Shown here one piece after another: positions 46,007 to 60,535 of a stretch of 64,000 nt of DNA. The notes beneath the pieces are model-generated. The model was not told the DNA's origin and did not search any database. It saw only the letters and a list, made by a program, of their open reading frames with translations. The stretch is from Eledone cirrhosa (lineage: Eukaryota). Where the stretch lies: positions 106,516,001 through 106,580,000 of the forward strand of contig OZ024741.1 in assembly GCA_964016885.1 (NCBI GenBank), written 5' to 3'. Positions within the stretch are counted from its first letter, which is position 1; the number at the start of each line of letters is the position of its first letter. Position numbers and translations under genes: made by a program.

Positions 46007-46726
46007 TAAAACCTCGAGCTGTTTCTCAAGTGGTCGCATTCTCAACACACACTAACCTTTAACATCAGTCACACTAACAGAGATACCAATACCTTTCTTT
46101 GAGCTAACAATGTCACAATTTAGATAAATTGCTTTTGGTTAAAAGGAAATTACAAGGGCCATCGTTTTAATGTTTTCTGGACACACAATCCTTATAAATA
46201 CAAGATATTTTGACCCCAGGACAGACAGTCAGCCACGCACAGTTCCCCATTTAGCCACACACAGCATCACACAGAGTCACACACACTCATTAGCCAGCTC
46301 TGTTGGTTATGTTCCAGCAAGGCTGGCCACCAACGCCAAACACAGTTTAGTAAATTCACTACTTTGAGATTCTATATTCACACACACAATAAACAAACTA
46401 CAATTATACATGTAACTTTTTCTGTTGGTCATTATTACTGGACATGATTCCGAAGCAAATCATGCAACATTAAAAACAAATATTAGCAGCGTCTTGTTCA
46501 TTTGTATATTCATACCCACGGGATTCTGGAAAATCGTCTTTCCCGTGGCAATAACACAACCCCAACAAGTGACTACAACTACTGGTTTCATCAACCATGT
46601 CAAGACTTCTCAGCAACAATTCTCTTGACTCACTGAGACACACTTCACTCACTTGTCATGGACTTGACCAACAAACCACTCATTCACTTACTTCATCAAC
46701 TTCATCTTGCAACAACTTCAACTACA
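46002..46726 (+). mobile_element. Possible solo LTR
   Basis: TGTAGT...ACTACA termini, TATAAA near 46193 and AATAAA near 46388. No TSD. Confidence 0.3.
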
Positions 46727-46811
46727 TTACCATACAATAAATGAACTAAACAGACTAACAAATTCGTTCGTACCCAGCTGCACACACACACACACATATA
46801 TATATATATAA

Positions 46812-46897
<86 letters not shown>

Positions 46898-46972
46898 GGA
46901 GATACATACACAGACACTGACAAACACACACACACAGACACAGGCACAGACCCACACAGACACACAGACACA

Positions 46973-47066
<94 letters not shown>

Positions 47067-47976
47067 TATATATATAATGGGATTGATATGCTTAACTAAA
47101 CCCTTCAAGGCGTTGCTCCAGCATAGTTCCAGTTTAATAACTGAAACCAATAAAGGAATATATGAAAAAATATACCTAACGAAAACAACAACAAAAACAA
47201 CAACATCAACAACAACAACAGCCACAATAATAACAACAGCTGTAATGTGACATTTTCTTTCCACCGTCAACACAGTCCAATCCATTTCGATTACTTTGTG
47301 TCTTTTTGTCAACCATGATACCACGACAATGGCGTCACATCACTTCCGGTGTACTTCCTATATATTGTAATACTTCCATTGACTTCATTGCTAAGTCTTA
47401 CTGATGATGATAGTGTTGTGGTGTTGGTGTTGGTAATGGTGATGATGATGATTATAGTTATGTTTGTGGTAATGGTAGCGCTTGTGATTATGGTGGTGAA
47501 ACTGGTGAGGATGATAATGATAGTGTTGGTGATGATGGTGGTGATGAGGATAATGATAGTGATGATGGTGTTGTTGTTGATGATGATGAAAATGATGGTG
47601 ATGATGGTAGTGGTGTTCATAGTGATGATGGTGATAGTTGTGAAGAAAGTGAGGATGATGATAATGATGATGGTGATGGTGGTGGTGATGATGATGGTTG
47701 TAGTGATTTTGATGATGGTAGTGCTGGAGATGATGATGGTGATGGCGTTGATGACATTAGTGATGGTGATGGTGATGGAGATGATAGTGATCTCAAGGTG
47801 CGATCGGACATGAACTGGCAGGTATCTAGAATCGATAGGTATCTGACTCGATACCTCATCAAACTTGTGCTAATAATCCACAAGCTATCGATTCAGTGTC
47901 GGGTCCAATCATGATCGATCGTATCTTGAGCTGACCAATTGCGAAACGCACTTCACGCGTGAATAAAAAACATATT

Positions 47977-48159
47977 TGTTTCTACTTTAGGCACAAGGCC
48001 AGCAATTACCCAGTTCATTACTGGTACTTTATTTTATCGACCCCGTAAGGATGAAAGGAAAAGTCAACCTCGGCGGGATTTGAACTCAGATCGTAAAGGG
48101 ACGTAACTATGGTGGAAAGCATGGCGTCCGACCCTCTACCGATACTGCCAATTCACCGC
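47977..48159 (-). mobile_element. SINE family A with 19-bp TSD
   Basis: cgtgaataaaaaacatatt at 47958-47976 and 48160-48178. Confidence 0.9.
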
Positions 48160-48209
48160 CGTGAATAAAAAACATATTGATGTTATATTACTATTTCTTT
48201 CCCACTTCT

Positions 48210-48267
<58 letters not shown>

Positions 48268-48586
48268 CAACTGAATAGTATTAGTACCTCTGCCGTATTT
48301 TTCTAGCGGCTTATACGCTCTGTTCTGTTACAATTAGACTATTTTCTCTAAAACATTACGGCGAAGTTAATAATTCAAATCAATTTTCGAACTCCACCAT
48401 CGGCTTCTAATCATGTGATGTTTCTATACATCGCTCTCCCACCTTCAATCATGACTAGCCAAGGGGTGTTATAGAAGACAACCAATAGTTGCAACTCAAG
48501 CGAACTCACATTGCTATCTTCGGATGTTCACCCTAACCACTAAGCCACGCGCTTCCCAAAATCTACACACGCATATATCTTGTTGC

Positions 48587-48650
<64 letters not shown>

Positions 48651-48905
48651 CTTCTTCTTCTTCTTCTTCTTCTTCTTCTTCTTCTTCTTCTTCTTCTTCT
48701 TCTTCTTCTTCTTCTTCTTCTTCTTCTTCTTCTTCTTCTTCTTCTTCTTCTTCTCCATTCACCCCACCGACACTACCTCCATCGTTATATTGACATCTCC
48801 AAACCTCGTCTTCGATTGACTATTCTCACTGGAGAGCCTCACTATCGACCTTCACTGACGCAAGAGTATAAGCACACGCACACAGTTTCCCATCTAAACA
48901 TATAT

Positions 48906-48974
<69 letters not shown>

Positions 48975-49052
48975 AATGTATATATACATACATATATATG
49001 TGTGTGTACATATATACACGCATATATATTCACACGCACACACAAATGCATG

Positions 49053-49120
<68 letters not shown>

Positions 49121-49216
49121 CGTGCGCGTGTCTGTGTGCGCGTGTCTGTGTGCGTGCGCGTGTGTGTTTATATATGTGCGTGCGTGTGTGTATACATATA
49201 TATACATGTGCGTGTT

Positions 49217-49247
<31 letters not shown>

Positions 49248-49544
49248 GTATATATTTAACCACCACATAAACCCACATATGCATTTACACATTCACATTT
49301 ACCAACACCCACATGCTCACCATACCCATATACCCTCCTTATACCCACCACAAACATCAAAACCTTGCTTGCTCCTTTTTCTCAATCCCTTTATATAAAA
49401 CTACATTTTGACCTCCCTGTCATCTTCCGTTTTACTTTTTAAGGGTTTGCTGTAAGAAGGGGCTTTAATTAAAATCTATTGTGGCAATATTAGCGCGGGG
49501 TTGTGGAGAGGAGGAAAGGGTGGAGGAGGGAGAAAAAAAGATAG

Positions 49545-49800
49545 AATAAAATATAAAAAAATAAAAATAAAAATAAAAATAAAAATAAAAATAAAAATAA
49601 AAATAAAAATAAAAATAAAAATAAAAATAAAAATAAAAATAAAAATAAAAATAAAAATAAAAATAAAGATAAAAATAAAAATAAAAATAAAAATAAAAAT
49701 AAAAATAAAAATAAAAATAAAAATAAAAATAAAAATAAAAATAAAAATAAAAATAAAAATAAAAATAAAAATAAAAATAAAAATAAAAATGCAAAATAAA
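49545..49800. repeat. (AAAATA)n hexamer array
   Basis: Seen directly. Confidence 0.95.
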
Positions 49801-50543
49801 AAAAAGTATTGATTGTAAGGGACGATGAGGGGAAGCGTAGTCCCCTTATAACATTTATTTCTGTAACGATGACCGCTTACGACAATGTCGCTAGAAAGCA
49901 CAATAGCAAACCTTACTTAAACTGATAAAGGCAACCATTATACAGCAGAAACCCCTAACGACTGGTAAACTTACGTGAGGACCTCTTTATTTTTACTTCC
50001 CACCCGACCCTGTTCTCTCACACTCTCCCTCTCTCCCTCTCTCCATCTCTTACTCTCTTCTTCTCTCACTCTCTGTCCCTCTCTTCCTTTCTCACTCTCT
50101 CACGCTCTCCCTCTCTCCATCTTTTACTCTATTCCTCTCTCACGCTCTCCCTCTCTCTGCACTTTATTTTCTCATAGTTGCTCAGTTCCTCTCTTAATAG
50201 CAACCCCACTTCTGCCTCCTCATTCTTCTTCTTCTTCTTCTTCTTCTTCTTCTTCTTCTTCTTCTTCTTCTTCTTCTTCTTCTTCTTCTTCTTCTTCTTC
50301 TTCTTCTTCTTCTTCTTCTTCTTCTTCTTCTTCTTCTTCTTCTTCTTCTTCTTCTTCTGTCTGTCTGTCTGTCTGTCTGCCCCCCTCTCTCTTCCTATCT
50401 ACCTACTTACCTATCTACCTACCTATCTATCCACCTACCTACCTACCTACCTACCTACCTACCTACCTACCTACCTACCTACCTACCTACCTACCTACCT
50501 ACCTACCCACCTACCTACCTACCCACCTACCTAATATCTAACA

Positions 50544-50579
<36 letters not shown>

Positions 50580-50667
50580 GTGATAACATTTTACACGTTT
50601 TTATTGTATGTAAACTTCCCCCTTTGTATTTGTCCCCTTCTTTTGTGCCCCTGTGGCTAATAAAGAA

Positions 50668-50714
<47 letters not shown>

Positions 50715-50715
50715 C

Positions 50716-50787
<72 letters not shown>

Positions 50788-51387
50788 GTCTCTCTGTCCG
50801 TCCATCTGTCTGTCTGTCTAAATGACATAGAGCTATTCCACAGGAAAACGTAGCCGAGAACAGGCGAAGTGGCTAATTGTTAAGAAGCGTTAAGACATCC
50901 GGGCATTTAGTGAAAAGCCCCACACCTCTACCCCATCCCACGTCCACCCTTACAACCACTTCTTACAAAAAATTGCAATAAGTATAACAACAAAAAAACA
51001 AACTAACAAAACAAATACAAAAGAAATGAAATAAAAAAAGAAAAACATTAATAAAAACGAAAAAAAAAACCCCTGTTTGAATTGAGAGGAAAAAGATGGC
51101 AAATTTAGTTAGTGAGGAATTTGTCCTCAGTAGATTCCATTATTACAACTCAGCCCCTGCTCCATCTCAGCAGTACCATCATCATCAACAAAAACAACAA
51201 CATCGATATTAATAACTTTCTACATTTGGCACAAGGTCAGCAATTTGAAACCCAACCAAGTTCGCACTATAGGCAAACGAGATTTCCGTCCAATGTTTTC
51301 TAATTTGCTATATGCAAATGAGAATTTCCAGCAAATGTTCAGTAAGCAAAATCTATATAGGTCAATTTTCACCTATGTACAGGTTGA

Positions 51388-51440
51388 GTGAATATCGCTG
51401 ATGAGAGATTAACTAATCTTGAAACACCTGTCTCACATTC
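51388..51440 (+). ncRNA. Minimal type I hammerhead with imperfect helix I
   Basis: CTGATGA(51398)-gagatt-aact-aatctt-GAAAC-acct-GTC(51430-51432). Confidence 0.65.
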
Positions 51441-51722
51441 TCGTGCTAATGAGATATCTGTGATAAGTTCAAAGAGAGAAAAAATACTTTTTTCATAATG
51501 AAAAATATGTTGACTGTATATAAACATATAGTATATGCTTTCATATACACCATTATATATATATATATATAAAAGAAAACACACTAGAGAGACTCTGTGT
51601 TTATCAAGTTACAGGGAATACCACTAGCGTATGGAACCTATAAACTAAGAAAGGTGAGGTAGATACATTATAATTAAAAATATAAATTAAAATGAGAGAA
51701 CCCACCTTTATAACTATATATC

Positions 51723-51803
51723 ACACACGTACAAACTCGGAGAGAATGTTTCGCCTGAAAATCAGTCTTTGGATTGAATTCGCCCAGGTTCATCAGCGTG
51801 TGT
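51723..51803 (-). ncRNA. Type I hammerhead, best-preserved copy
   Basis: acacacg-CTGATGA-acctg..caggc-GAAACA-ttctctccgagtt-TGTA-cgtgtgt; perfect 7-bp helix I; predicted cut between 51730 and 51729. Confidence 0.85.
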
Positions 51804-51944
51804 TAAGTGTATACATTCCAAACAACTCTAAGAGAACTTAAAGTAACTGCCTCGCAACACGTGGGAGAGGGAAATGCATGTATGAGACAGTAGACCGGTG
51901 GTTTGGATGGGATAACGCGAGTTTCTGACTCCATTACTTCATTT

Positions 51945-52284
<340 letters not shown>

Positions 52285-52448
52285 TGAGTGTGTTTGTGTG
52301 TGTATGCATGTATATGTGTTTGGTGTGTGTGTCTAAAGAGATATATAACCTAATAGAGAGTTATCTTCCCTTCAATTTATCGTCTGTTATTTCATTGTAC
52401 TCTAGACTTTGTTGCAGTCTTTAATTTTTGGTTATCCGTCATATTTAT

Positions 52449-53177
52449 TTAAATATAAGTATGTATACGTACATACATATCGGCCGGGCGCACCGAAAAC
52501 GATAAACGGAAAAAATGAAACGAAATTTCATTTCTCACTCTTAGTACGGCTGTTACTTAAATATAAGTATGTATACGTACATACATATATGTATACAGAC
52601 GTACAATAGTATGTATATATATACATACATGCACACATATATAAATGTACGTATGGATTTACCGAACATTTATTATACATACTTATATTTAAGTAACAGC
52701 CGTACTAAGAGTGAGAAATGAAATTTCGTTTCATTTTTTCCGTTTATCGTATTCGGTGCACCCGGCCGATTAACTCACTCGATATGCAAATTAGGCTACT
52801 CAGCCGTTAATATGCATAAGGAAAGTATATACTTTCAGACGTTCAATCATCTGGCAGGAAGGTATACGGTGCTGACGATAGCTAATAAGCTTGAAACTAG
52901 TACATCGTTCCTTTGTCAGTGTTGAACAAAAGGGCAACGATGGTTGCTAAACACTGTACGGCTTAATTCGGGATGTTTGTTTACAAACACACCGAGCATT
53001 ATAATAAATGTTCGATAAATCCATACGCACACATATATATATGTGTGCATGTATGTATATATATACATACTACTGTACGTCTGTATACATATATGTATGT
53101 ACGTATACATACTTAGATTTAAGTAACAGCCGTACTAAGAGTGAGAAATGAAATTTCGTTTCACTTTTTCCGTTTAT
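52449..53177 (+). mobile_element. Retrozyme-like 430-nt unit, copy 2, with terminal redundancy and inverted 5' copy
   Basis: Unit 52676-53105, repeated at 53106-53177; inverted segment at 52449-52676. Confidence 0.85.
52866..52908 (+). ncRNA. Minimal type I hammerhead
   Basis: acggtg-CTGACGA-tagct-aata-agctt-GAAAC-ta-GTA-catcgt; predicted cut after 52902. Confidence 0.8.
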
Positions 53178-53539
53178 ATTTATTTATATCTATTTTTCAC
53201 ATTGTCATTCTGTCAGAATTCATTGTGTTCTGTATAGAGTCAGGTAAACCTGGTTTAACTTAATTAAAATCATTTTTGCTGGTTGAAAGATGAAGAAGAA
53301 ACCAGAGGACAGCGAATTGTTACAATGTTTATTTTATTTTTTGGTTTTCGTTATGCATTCTGTACATTTGTTTATTTTGGTTTTGCGTTTCGCATTTTTT
53401 GTGTCGTTTTAACTTTTTATATGGACAGAAACCAACGATTGTAACTGTTAATGTTTTAACAGAGCGCTTTAGAAGAAATCAAAGTACGATAAAAACGAAG
53501 GTGGTGGGTTGATGAATACTTAGTGAGCAAGCAGCGACA

Positions 53540-53634
<95 letters not shown>

Positions 53635-53793
53635 TGTGTGTTGATGCATTTTCGTAACAAAGACCTCCGCTAACATACGCATACACACGTACACACATAC
53701 ACTCATACATACATGCATCCATACATACATGCATAATACATACACATATATATATAAATATATACACAGTCGTATATACATACATAGACACAT

Positions 53794-53832
<39 letters not shown>

Positions 53833-54665
53833 ATATACACATGCATATATGCATGTAAGTGTGTATGCATTTATGTATGTATGTATGTATGTATGCATTT
53901 ATGTATGTATGTATGTATGTATGTATGTATGCATGTATGTATGTGTGCCTATATGTATTTATATATGCATGTATGTATGTATGTATATATTTATGAATGC
54001 CTGCATATATCACCACTATCACTACCATCACTACCACCAACACAGCAACCACCACCACCACCACCACCACCACCACCATCACCACCACCACCACCACCAA
54101 CACCACTATCATCACTACCACAGACAACATCATCAACAACAACAACCACCACCATTAAGAAATAAAACAAAGTTAACCAAGTAAATATTAACAATAAACA
54201 AAGGAAAAACAACGAAAATAAAAGCAAAGATAAAATGTGGCTGATAATTAAAAGCTAAGGAGCTAAAGCCGATGGTTTTAACCATCAATGGATGGTTTGG
54301 ATGTAAAATGTAATAAAAATGATAGTTGAAAGGTAGGAGAGTATTGTAAATATGGATGTTGGTATTAATGTAAGGAATGATGGGTTTAGAGCAATTATTT
54401 CTGTGATCAGAAGTAATTGAATGGTGAAGTGGAGCGTGGAGGACAGAACAACAATAACAACAACAACAACAACAATAACAACAACAACAATAGCAACAAT
54501 AACTAGAACAACAGCTGTAATAACAACATCAACAACAAATACAGCACAATCTACTACGACAACTGCAACAACAAATACAACAACAACAACACAATCTACT
54601 ACGACAATAACAACAACAATAACAACAACAACAATAACGACAACACCAACAATAACAACAACAAT

Positions 54666-54737
<72 letters not shown>

Positions 54738-55038
54738 AACAACAACAACAATAACTATAACAACAGCTGTAATTATAACATCAACAACAAATACAACAAC
54801 AACAACAGCAACAACAACAACTATAACAACAGCTGTAATAATAACATCAACAACAACAAATACAACAGTAACGCAATCTACTACGACAACTGCAACAACA
54901 ACAACAGCAACAACAACATCAACAAATAACGACAACCGCAGCAACCACAACAACAGTAACAAAACATAAACACACAAATATATACACACATGCAGGAGCA
55001 CATACTTAAAATCACAGTGGCACCCAGAAAGCTAACCA

Positions 55039-55097
<59 letters not shown>

Positions 55098-55207
55098 ATA
55101 GTAGTGGTAGTGGTAGTGGTATAGTGGTGGTAATAGTAGTAGTATTAGTAGTAGTAGTAGTAGTGGTGGTAGTGGTAGTGGTAGTAGTAGTAGTAGTGGT
55201 GGTAATG

Positions 55208-55238
<31 letters not shown>

Positions 55239-55279
55239 CAGCAACAGCAGCAGTAATAGTAGTAGTAGTAGTGGTAGTG

Positions 55280-55316
<37 letters not shown>

Positions 55317-55341
55317 TGGTAGCAGCAGCAGCAGCAACAGC

Positions 55342-55384
<43 letters not shown>

Positions 55385-55891
55385 ATGGTGGTAGTAGGGG
55401 TGCTGGTGGTGGTAGTTTTTAATGATGATTTCTAATTTAGGCGCAAGGCAAATATTTTGGTTGGGTGGGGGTTAAAAATTCATTATATTGACCACAGTAC
55501 TTTACTGGTACTCTTTCATTGACCGTGGTAAAATGAAAAGCAAAATTGATCTGAGCGGAATTGAACTCAGAACGTAAAATCTGGATTGCGTTTTCAATAT
55601 GAAACAATAAGGGGCCGTTTGGTTTGATCACGGAACGTGCGGCTGCAGAATGTAGCTATCCAGCTTCTAGGGAACTAGCTGCTCTTAGGATAGTTTGCAG
55701 TTAGTGATGGTCGACCTTGTCTATCATTTTAGATTAACCAGCATTGCAACGAAGCTACATATATTTCTGACACATTCTACAAAGTATCGCCATAGACAGA
55801 TCTGCCTGGCAATAATTGTTTCTACTTTTGGCACAAGACCAGTAATTTGAAGGGAAGGGAAATGTCGATTAAGTACCGATGTGCACATATC

Positions 55892-56253
55892 AGAGCTGTG
55901 TACACATCTAAGTGTATAAATACAGAAAGAGAGCTGTGTACACATCTAAGTGTATATATACAGAAAGAGAGCTGTGTACACATCTAAGTGTATATATACA
56001 GAAAGAGAGCTGTGTACACATCTAAGTGTATATATACAGAAAGAGAGCTGTGTACACATCTAAGTGTATATATACAGAAAGAGAGCTGTGTACACATCTA
56101 AGTGTATATATACAGAAAGAGAGTTGTGTACACATCTAAGTGTATATATACAGAAAGAGAGCTGTGTACATATCTAAGTGTATATATACAGAAAGAGAGT
56201 TGTGTACACATCTAAGTGTATATATACAGAAAGAGAGCTGTGTACACATCTAA
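55892..56253. repeat. 38-bp minisatellite, about 9.5 copies
   Basis: agagctgtgtacacatctaagtgtatatatacagaaag; unit starts are 38 bp apart. Confidence 0.95.
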
Positions 56254-56836
56254 GAGGTTTTGCGACTTTTATCAGAGAAACATTTATTTAACTCATACTA
56301 ACACAAAACTCTAATCTCCTTCAAAGTAGGATCGTCCGACTTGAATGCACTTATTGTAGCGCCCCAGCCACTTCTGGAAGTCTACATGTAGTCCTCCAAA
56401 ATGAAGGTATCCAGGGCGCTTTTTACAGCCTCATTCATCTCCTCCACAACATCAAAGCGGATACTCTTGAGCTTCTCCTTCAGCTTCGTGAACATCCAGA
56501 AGTCACATGGGGCTAAGTCTGGACTATAGACAGGATGGAGGACAGTCGTGATCCACATATCGGCCAAGTAGTTGGTCACCAGGATGGATTTGTGTAAAGG
56601 GGCATTGTCCTGGTGTAGATGCCACTGATCAGACTGCTTTGTGGAACCAATCAGCTGTTACAAGATGTGTATGATGGGTAGTGTTTAAAGTGCTTTAGCG
56701 ACCCGAACCTTAAACCTGTAAAATTCGTATATTAGCTTATTATAATCACATCAAGGATGTATTAGAATGACAATTACATAGGTCAATTAAAATTGCCTGA
56801 AAAGAAAGTTTCAACACTTCTTGAGTGTACTTCGTA
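56254..56836 (-). mobile_element. Internally deleted mariner transposon
   Basis: WHLHQDNAPLH..HPVYSPDLAPCDFWMF (56382-56630); TIR-like end tacgaagtacactcaag at 56836. Confidence 0.85.
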
Positions 56837-57360
56837 GAACTGTGTACACATCTAAGTGTACATGTAAGTACTTATGTGTACACATCTAAGTGTATCTGCA
56901 ACCTCGTTTGCATCCAATGATGTAGACCAGTTCTTTTTGGATAAATGCATTCGATATTCAGAGAATGGGATTGACCCCGTGTAAAGCCTTTCATCACTTA
57001 AAAAAGCACAGGCATCGATAAAGGACATTTTTAGCGATGCATGGCATTGCTGGCCATAGGTAAGTCCCTAGCAGGACTAAAACGCCATGTCTGTGATGCT
57101 CATGCTTAAGTATCAAGTGATGGCATTACTGGAAATTGAGTTGCAACTATCATATATGTATGTATCTATGTTATCTTTTCAGAGTGTATGATGTTCCTGT
57201 GCGTGAATTTGATTATAGTTGACGTGGCTTGCACAGAGCCTCACCCACTTTTCAGATGAAATCAACAATGCTTGCTCTTTATCCTCTTATACTGATGTGT
57301 TCAAGCAGGCCTGTCTGTCAAGCATCGAGTCCATGACCATGAAATAGCGTCTCCGGCGGT

Positions 57361-57782
57361 CAGGACAAAAAACAAACCATGACAAAGGGTGGAAGAACTC
57401 ATAAGAGTCAACGGCCATCCCAAAGTGTGTAAATATGTATATACACATCTACATACGTATGTATATGTATATGTGTATATACATGGGTGCATGTGTGTGT
57501 ATATGTGCGGGGACATAGAAATAGTCGGGCTGGACACCCGATCGCGCAGTTAAACCACTGGGAGTGAAGGACCCCTAGCCTTTCTCAGAGCATTCTTCTA
57601 GGAAAAGGCAACCCAGAAAACTGGGATAACTCCGATATAAAACCTGCGGCTCAGTAGTTACCGATGATGTTGATCTTTTCTTCTTTTCGGATTAAAGCTA
57701 CTGTCGCTCAGAGAGTGGGATTGGCTCAGTGCACAGTCTTTCCTCACTTTAAAAAATATCTTCACGCACAGGCATTGCACGA
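57361..57782 (+). mobile_element. Truncated copy of RTE-derived non-autonomous element
   Basis: Matches 59442-59774. Confidence 0.7.
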
Positions 57783-59220
57783 ATCAGGTATTTCGTGCTA
57801 ATCTCCTGTTTTTGGATTGCAAAAGCGTATCCTTCAAAGTGGGAGCCAATATAGCGGTTGTTGGTCCAAGATAGACTACTTTCCTTATCTATATTACTCT
57901 CACTCTGGAGCTTCCTGGCAACATATCCATGCATGATTTTTTGCTGATAGGCATGCAGTTTTTCATCCATGGATTCACTGCGATACTGCTGAGCGACATC
58001 CCTGGGTGTGAGTTTTTGATTACACACAGGGAATATCTCTCAAGGAGTTCCTTCCCAACTCTCATGATCTTATCTGTTTCATGCAGATAGACTTGCTCGA
58101 GAAGCGGGCTCCTACGCTTCGAGGTTCGTATATGTTGTCGGAGAGATATGATGTGACATTCAAATGTTGTGTGGACTGATTTTAGGCCTCTGCCTCCCTG
58201 CTTACGTTTCAAGTAAAGGCGGTCTATGTCACTGTTGATGTGGAAGTTTCCGGTGTTGTTCAGTATTTTTCGAGTTCCAACATCAACTGCTCGGATTTCG
58301 TCTATCGTCCAATTGAGTATTCCAAACGTTGGTGTTAGGACAGGCACAGCAAACACATTGTGAGCCAAGGTTTTGTTTTGCGCAGAGAGGTCCGATGACC
58401 AGATCTTTCTTAATCGGGTGTAGTATTCCCTGGTTACGTGTTCTTTATTACAGATACCATTATAGGATATGTTCTCATCTATCCCTAGGTATCTGTAGCA
58501 GTCCTCATCAGATATCGGTGAAACAGTTAGGCCATTGATGACAATGTTGCTAGATTGGGTTGTTGTTTTTCCCGCTTTACGGTCATGTATGAGCATTTAT
58601 CTTGGCCAAACTCCATTCCTATATCCTTTGAGAACGTTGTAACCAGGTCAAGATTTTTCTTCATCCCATCCATGTTCTTGGCATAAAGTTTCAGATCGTC
58701 CACAAAGAAGTTATGGGTTAGGTTCGTATTTCTGTCCTCCTGTGAGCCAACGATGTATCCCTCACATTTCTTGAGCAGAAAGGACAAGGGGTTTAATGAC
58801 AAGATGAACAATATCACAGAGAGACTGTCCCCCTGAAATATACCCCTGCAATATTTTATTTTATCAGTGAAAATAGAGTCCTCCCTCTCTGTTTTTAACC
58901 TTAGGATAGTAGCCCAAGAAGAAGACAGCCTCTCTATGGCTCTGACAATAATGTCTGGGACTTTAGCAAGTTGGAGGGCCTCTATCATCCAAAAGTGGGG
59001 AACAAAATCGAAAGCTTTCCTGTAGTCCAGCCAGACTGTAGACATATTCCTCCTAAGTTGTCGCACCTCCGACATCGCAGTTTTGTTGATTAGGAGTTGT
59101 TCAGCACATCCCCAAACCCTTTCCTTTCCAGCTGCTTGTTCATCTGTGATGATGTTATTATTTTCACAGTGATCTTGGAGGAATAGGTTCAGGCAGGCTG
59201 TATACATCTTATGCATCAGG
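57783..59220 (-). pseudogene. R4/Dong-clade non-LTR retrotransposon RT fragment
   Basis: EQLLIN, WLDYRKAFD, RGIFQGDSLS, THNFFVDDLKLYA, DIGMEFGQDKC, YRYLGI, RLYLKRKQGGRGL; two frameshifts. Confidence 0.9.
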
Positions 59221-59312
59221 TATGTATGTATGTATGTATGTATGTATGTATGTATGTATGTATGTATGTATGTATGTATGTATGTATGTATGTATGTATG
59301 TATGTATGTATG

Positions 59313-60535
59313 TCGGGTCACTCTTGAGTGCTACTGGTAACATGTAACCCAGTACAACCTGTCGCATGGTCGGGTCGTCGGCGACTAAACCGGCAACCCC
59401 ACCAAGTTTACTTGGTGAGGAGGGTGATTTTGGACACCCTGCAGGACAAAAAAGCCAAACCTGACAAAGGGCGGAAGAACTCATAAGAGTCAACAGCCGT
59501 CCGTAAGTGTGTAAATATATATATACACATGTACCGCGTGGTTAAACCACCGGGAGTGAAGGACCCCTAGCCTTTGTCAGGGCATTCTTCTAGGAAAAGG
59601 CAACCCAGAAAACTGGGATAACTCCGATATAAAACCTGCGGCTCAGTAGTTACCGATGATGTTGATCTTTTCTTCTTTTCGGGTTATAGCTACTGTCGCT
59701 CAGAGAGTGGGATTGGCTCAGTGCACAGTCTTTCCTCACTTTAAAAAATATCTTCACGCACAGGCATTGCACGATAGAATTAATTAATATTTATTAATAA
59801 TGGTATATCGTGCAATGGCCATACTCGATAACGAGGGAACTGCCATCTTGTATGTATGTATGCATGTATGTATGTATGTATGTATGTATGTATGTATGTA
59901 TGTATGTATGTATGTATGTATGTGTCAGGTCACCAGTTGGTGCTACTGGTAACATGTATCCCAGTACAACCTGTCTCATGGTCGGGTCGTTGGCGACTAA
60001 ACTGGCAACCCCACCAAGGTTTCTTGGTGAGGAGGGTGGCTTTGGACATCCTGCAGGACTAAAAACAAAACCTGTCAAAAGGCAAAGGGGCTCTTAAGAG
60101 TCAATAGCCATCCAAAATCACCGGGAGAGATGACCCCCTTAGCCTTTGTCAAGGCAGAATTCTAGGAGAAGGAAAACTCTGATATAACACCTGCAACCCT
60201 GATGGTATCCAATGATGTTGAATTGTTCTTCTTTTTGGTAAATATCATCTTGGTTAAGAGAGTGGGACTGGCTTTGTGTAGTGCCTTTGCTCACTATAAA
60301 AGCTTCACAGCACAGGCATTGCTTTATATCTGGAGATCTCTCTGCACTTGTCGTCACATGGTACCATGGGCCCAGCACTATGTGTCAATAATTGTCACAA
60401 GTGTAGTGTTTGTACCAGAGTTTTCAAGTCGCTGGCTGGACTAAAAAGTCACATTCGTTCAGCGCATTGGTAGGGGTTCTCCTACATGGATATAAAGTAG
60501 TGGCCGTACTCGAAAACGAGTTGGCAGCCACCATG
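59313..60535 (+). mobile_element. Two tandem non-autonomous elements (59313-59850, 59924-60535) with (TATG)n tails, probably bipartite RTE derivatives
   Basis: Shared start ggtcac..tgctactggtaacatgt, RTE-5'UTR-like ctaggagaaggaaaactctg, and shared end tggcc.tactcga.aacgag. Confidence 0.65.

Noticed and set aside
55892-56253. CRISPR-like regular palindromic repeats
   Set aside because: Units are contiguous with no unique spacers, there are no cas genes, and the context is eukaryotic.
57549-59774. LTR retrotransposon
   Set aside because: The RT is non-LTR R4 type, the repeats lack TG..CA ends, PBS and PPT, and a third copy lies outside.
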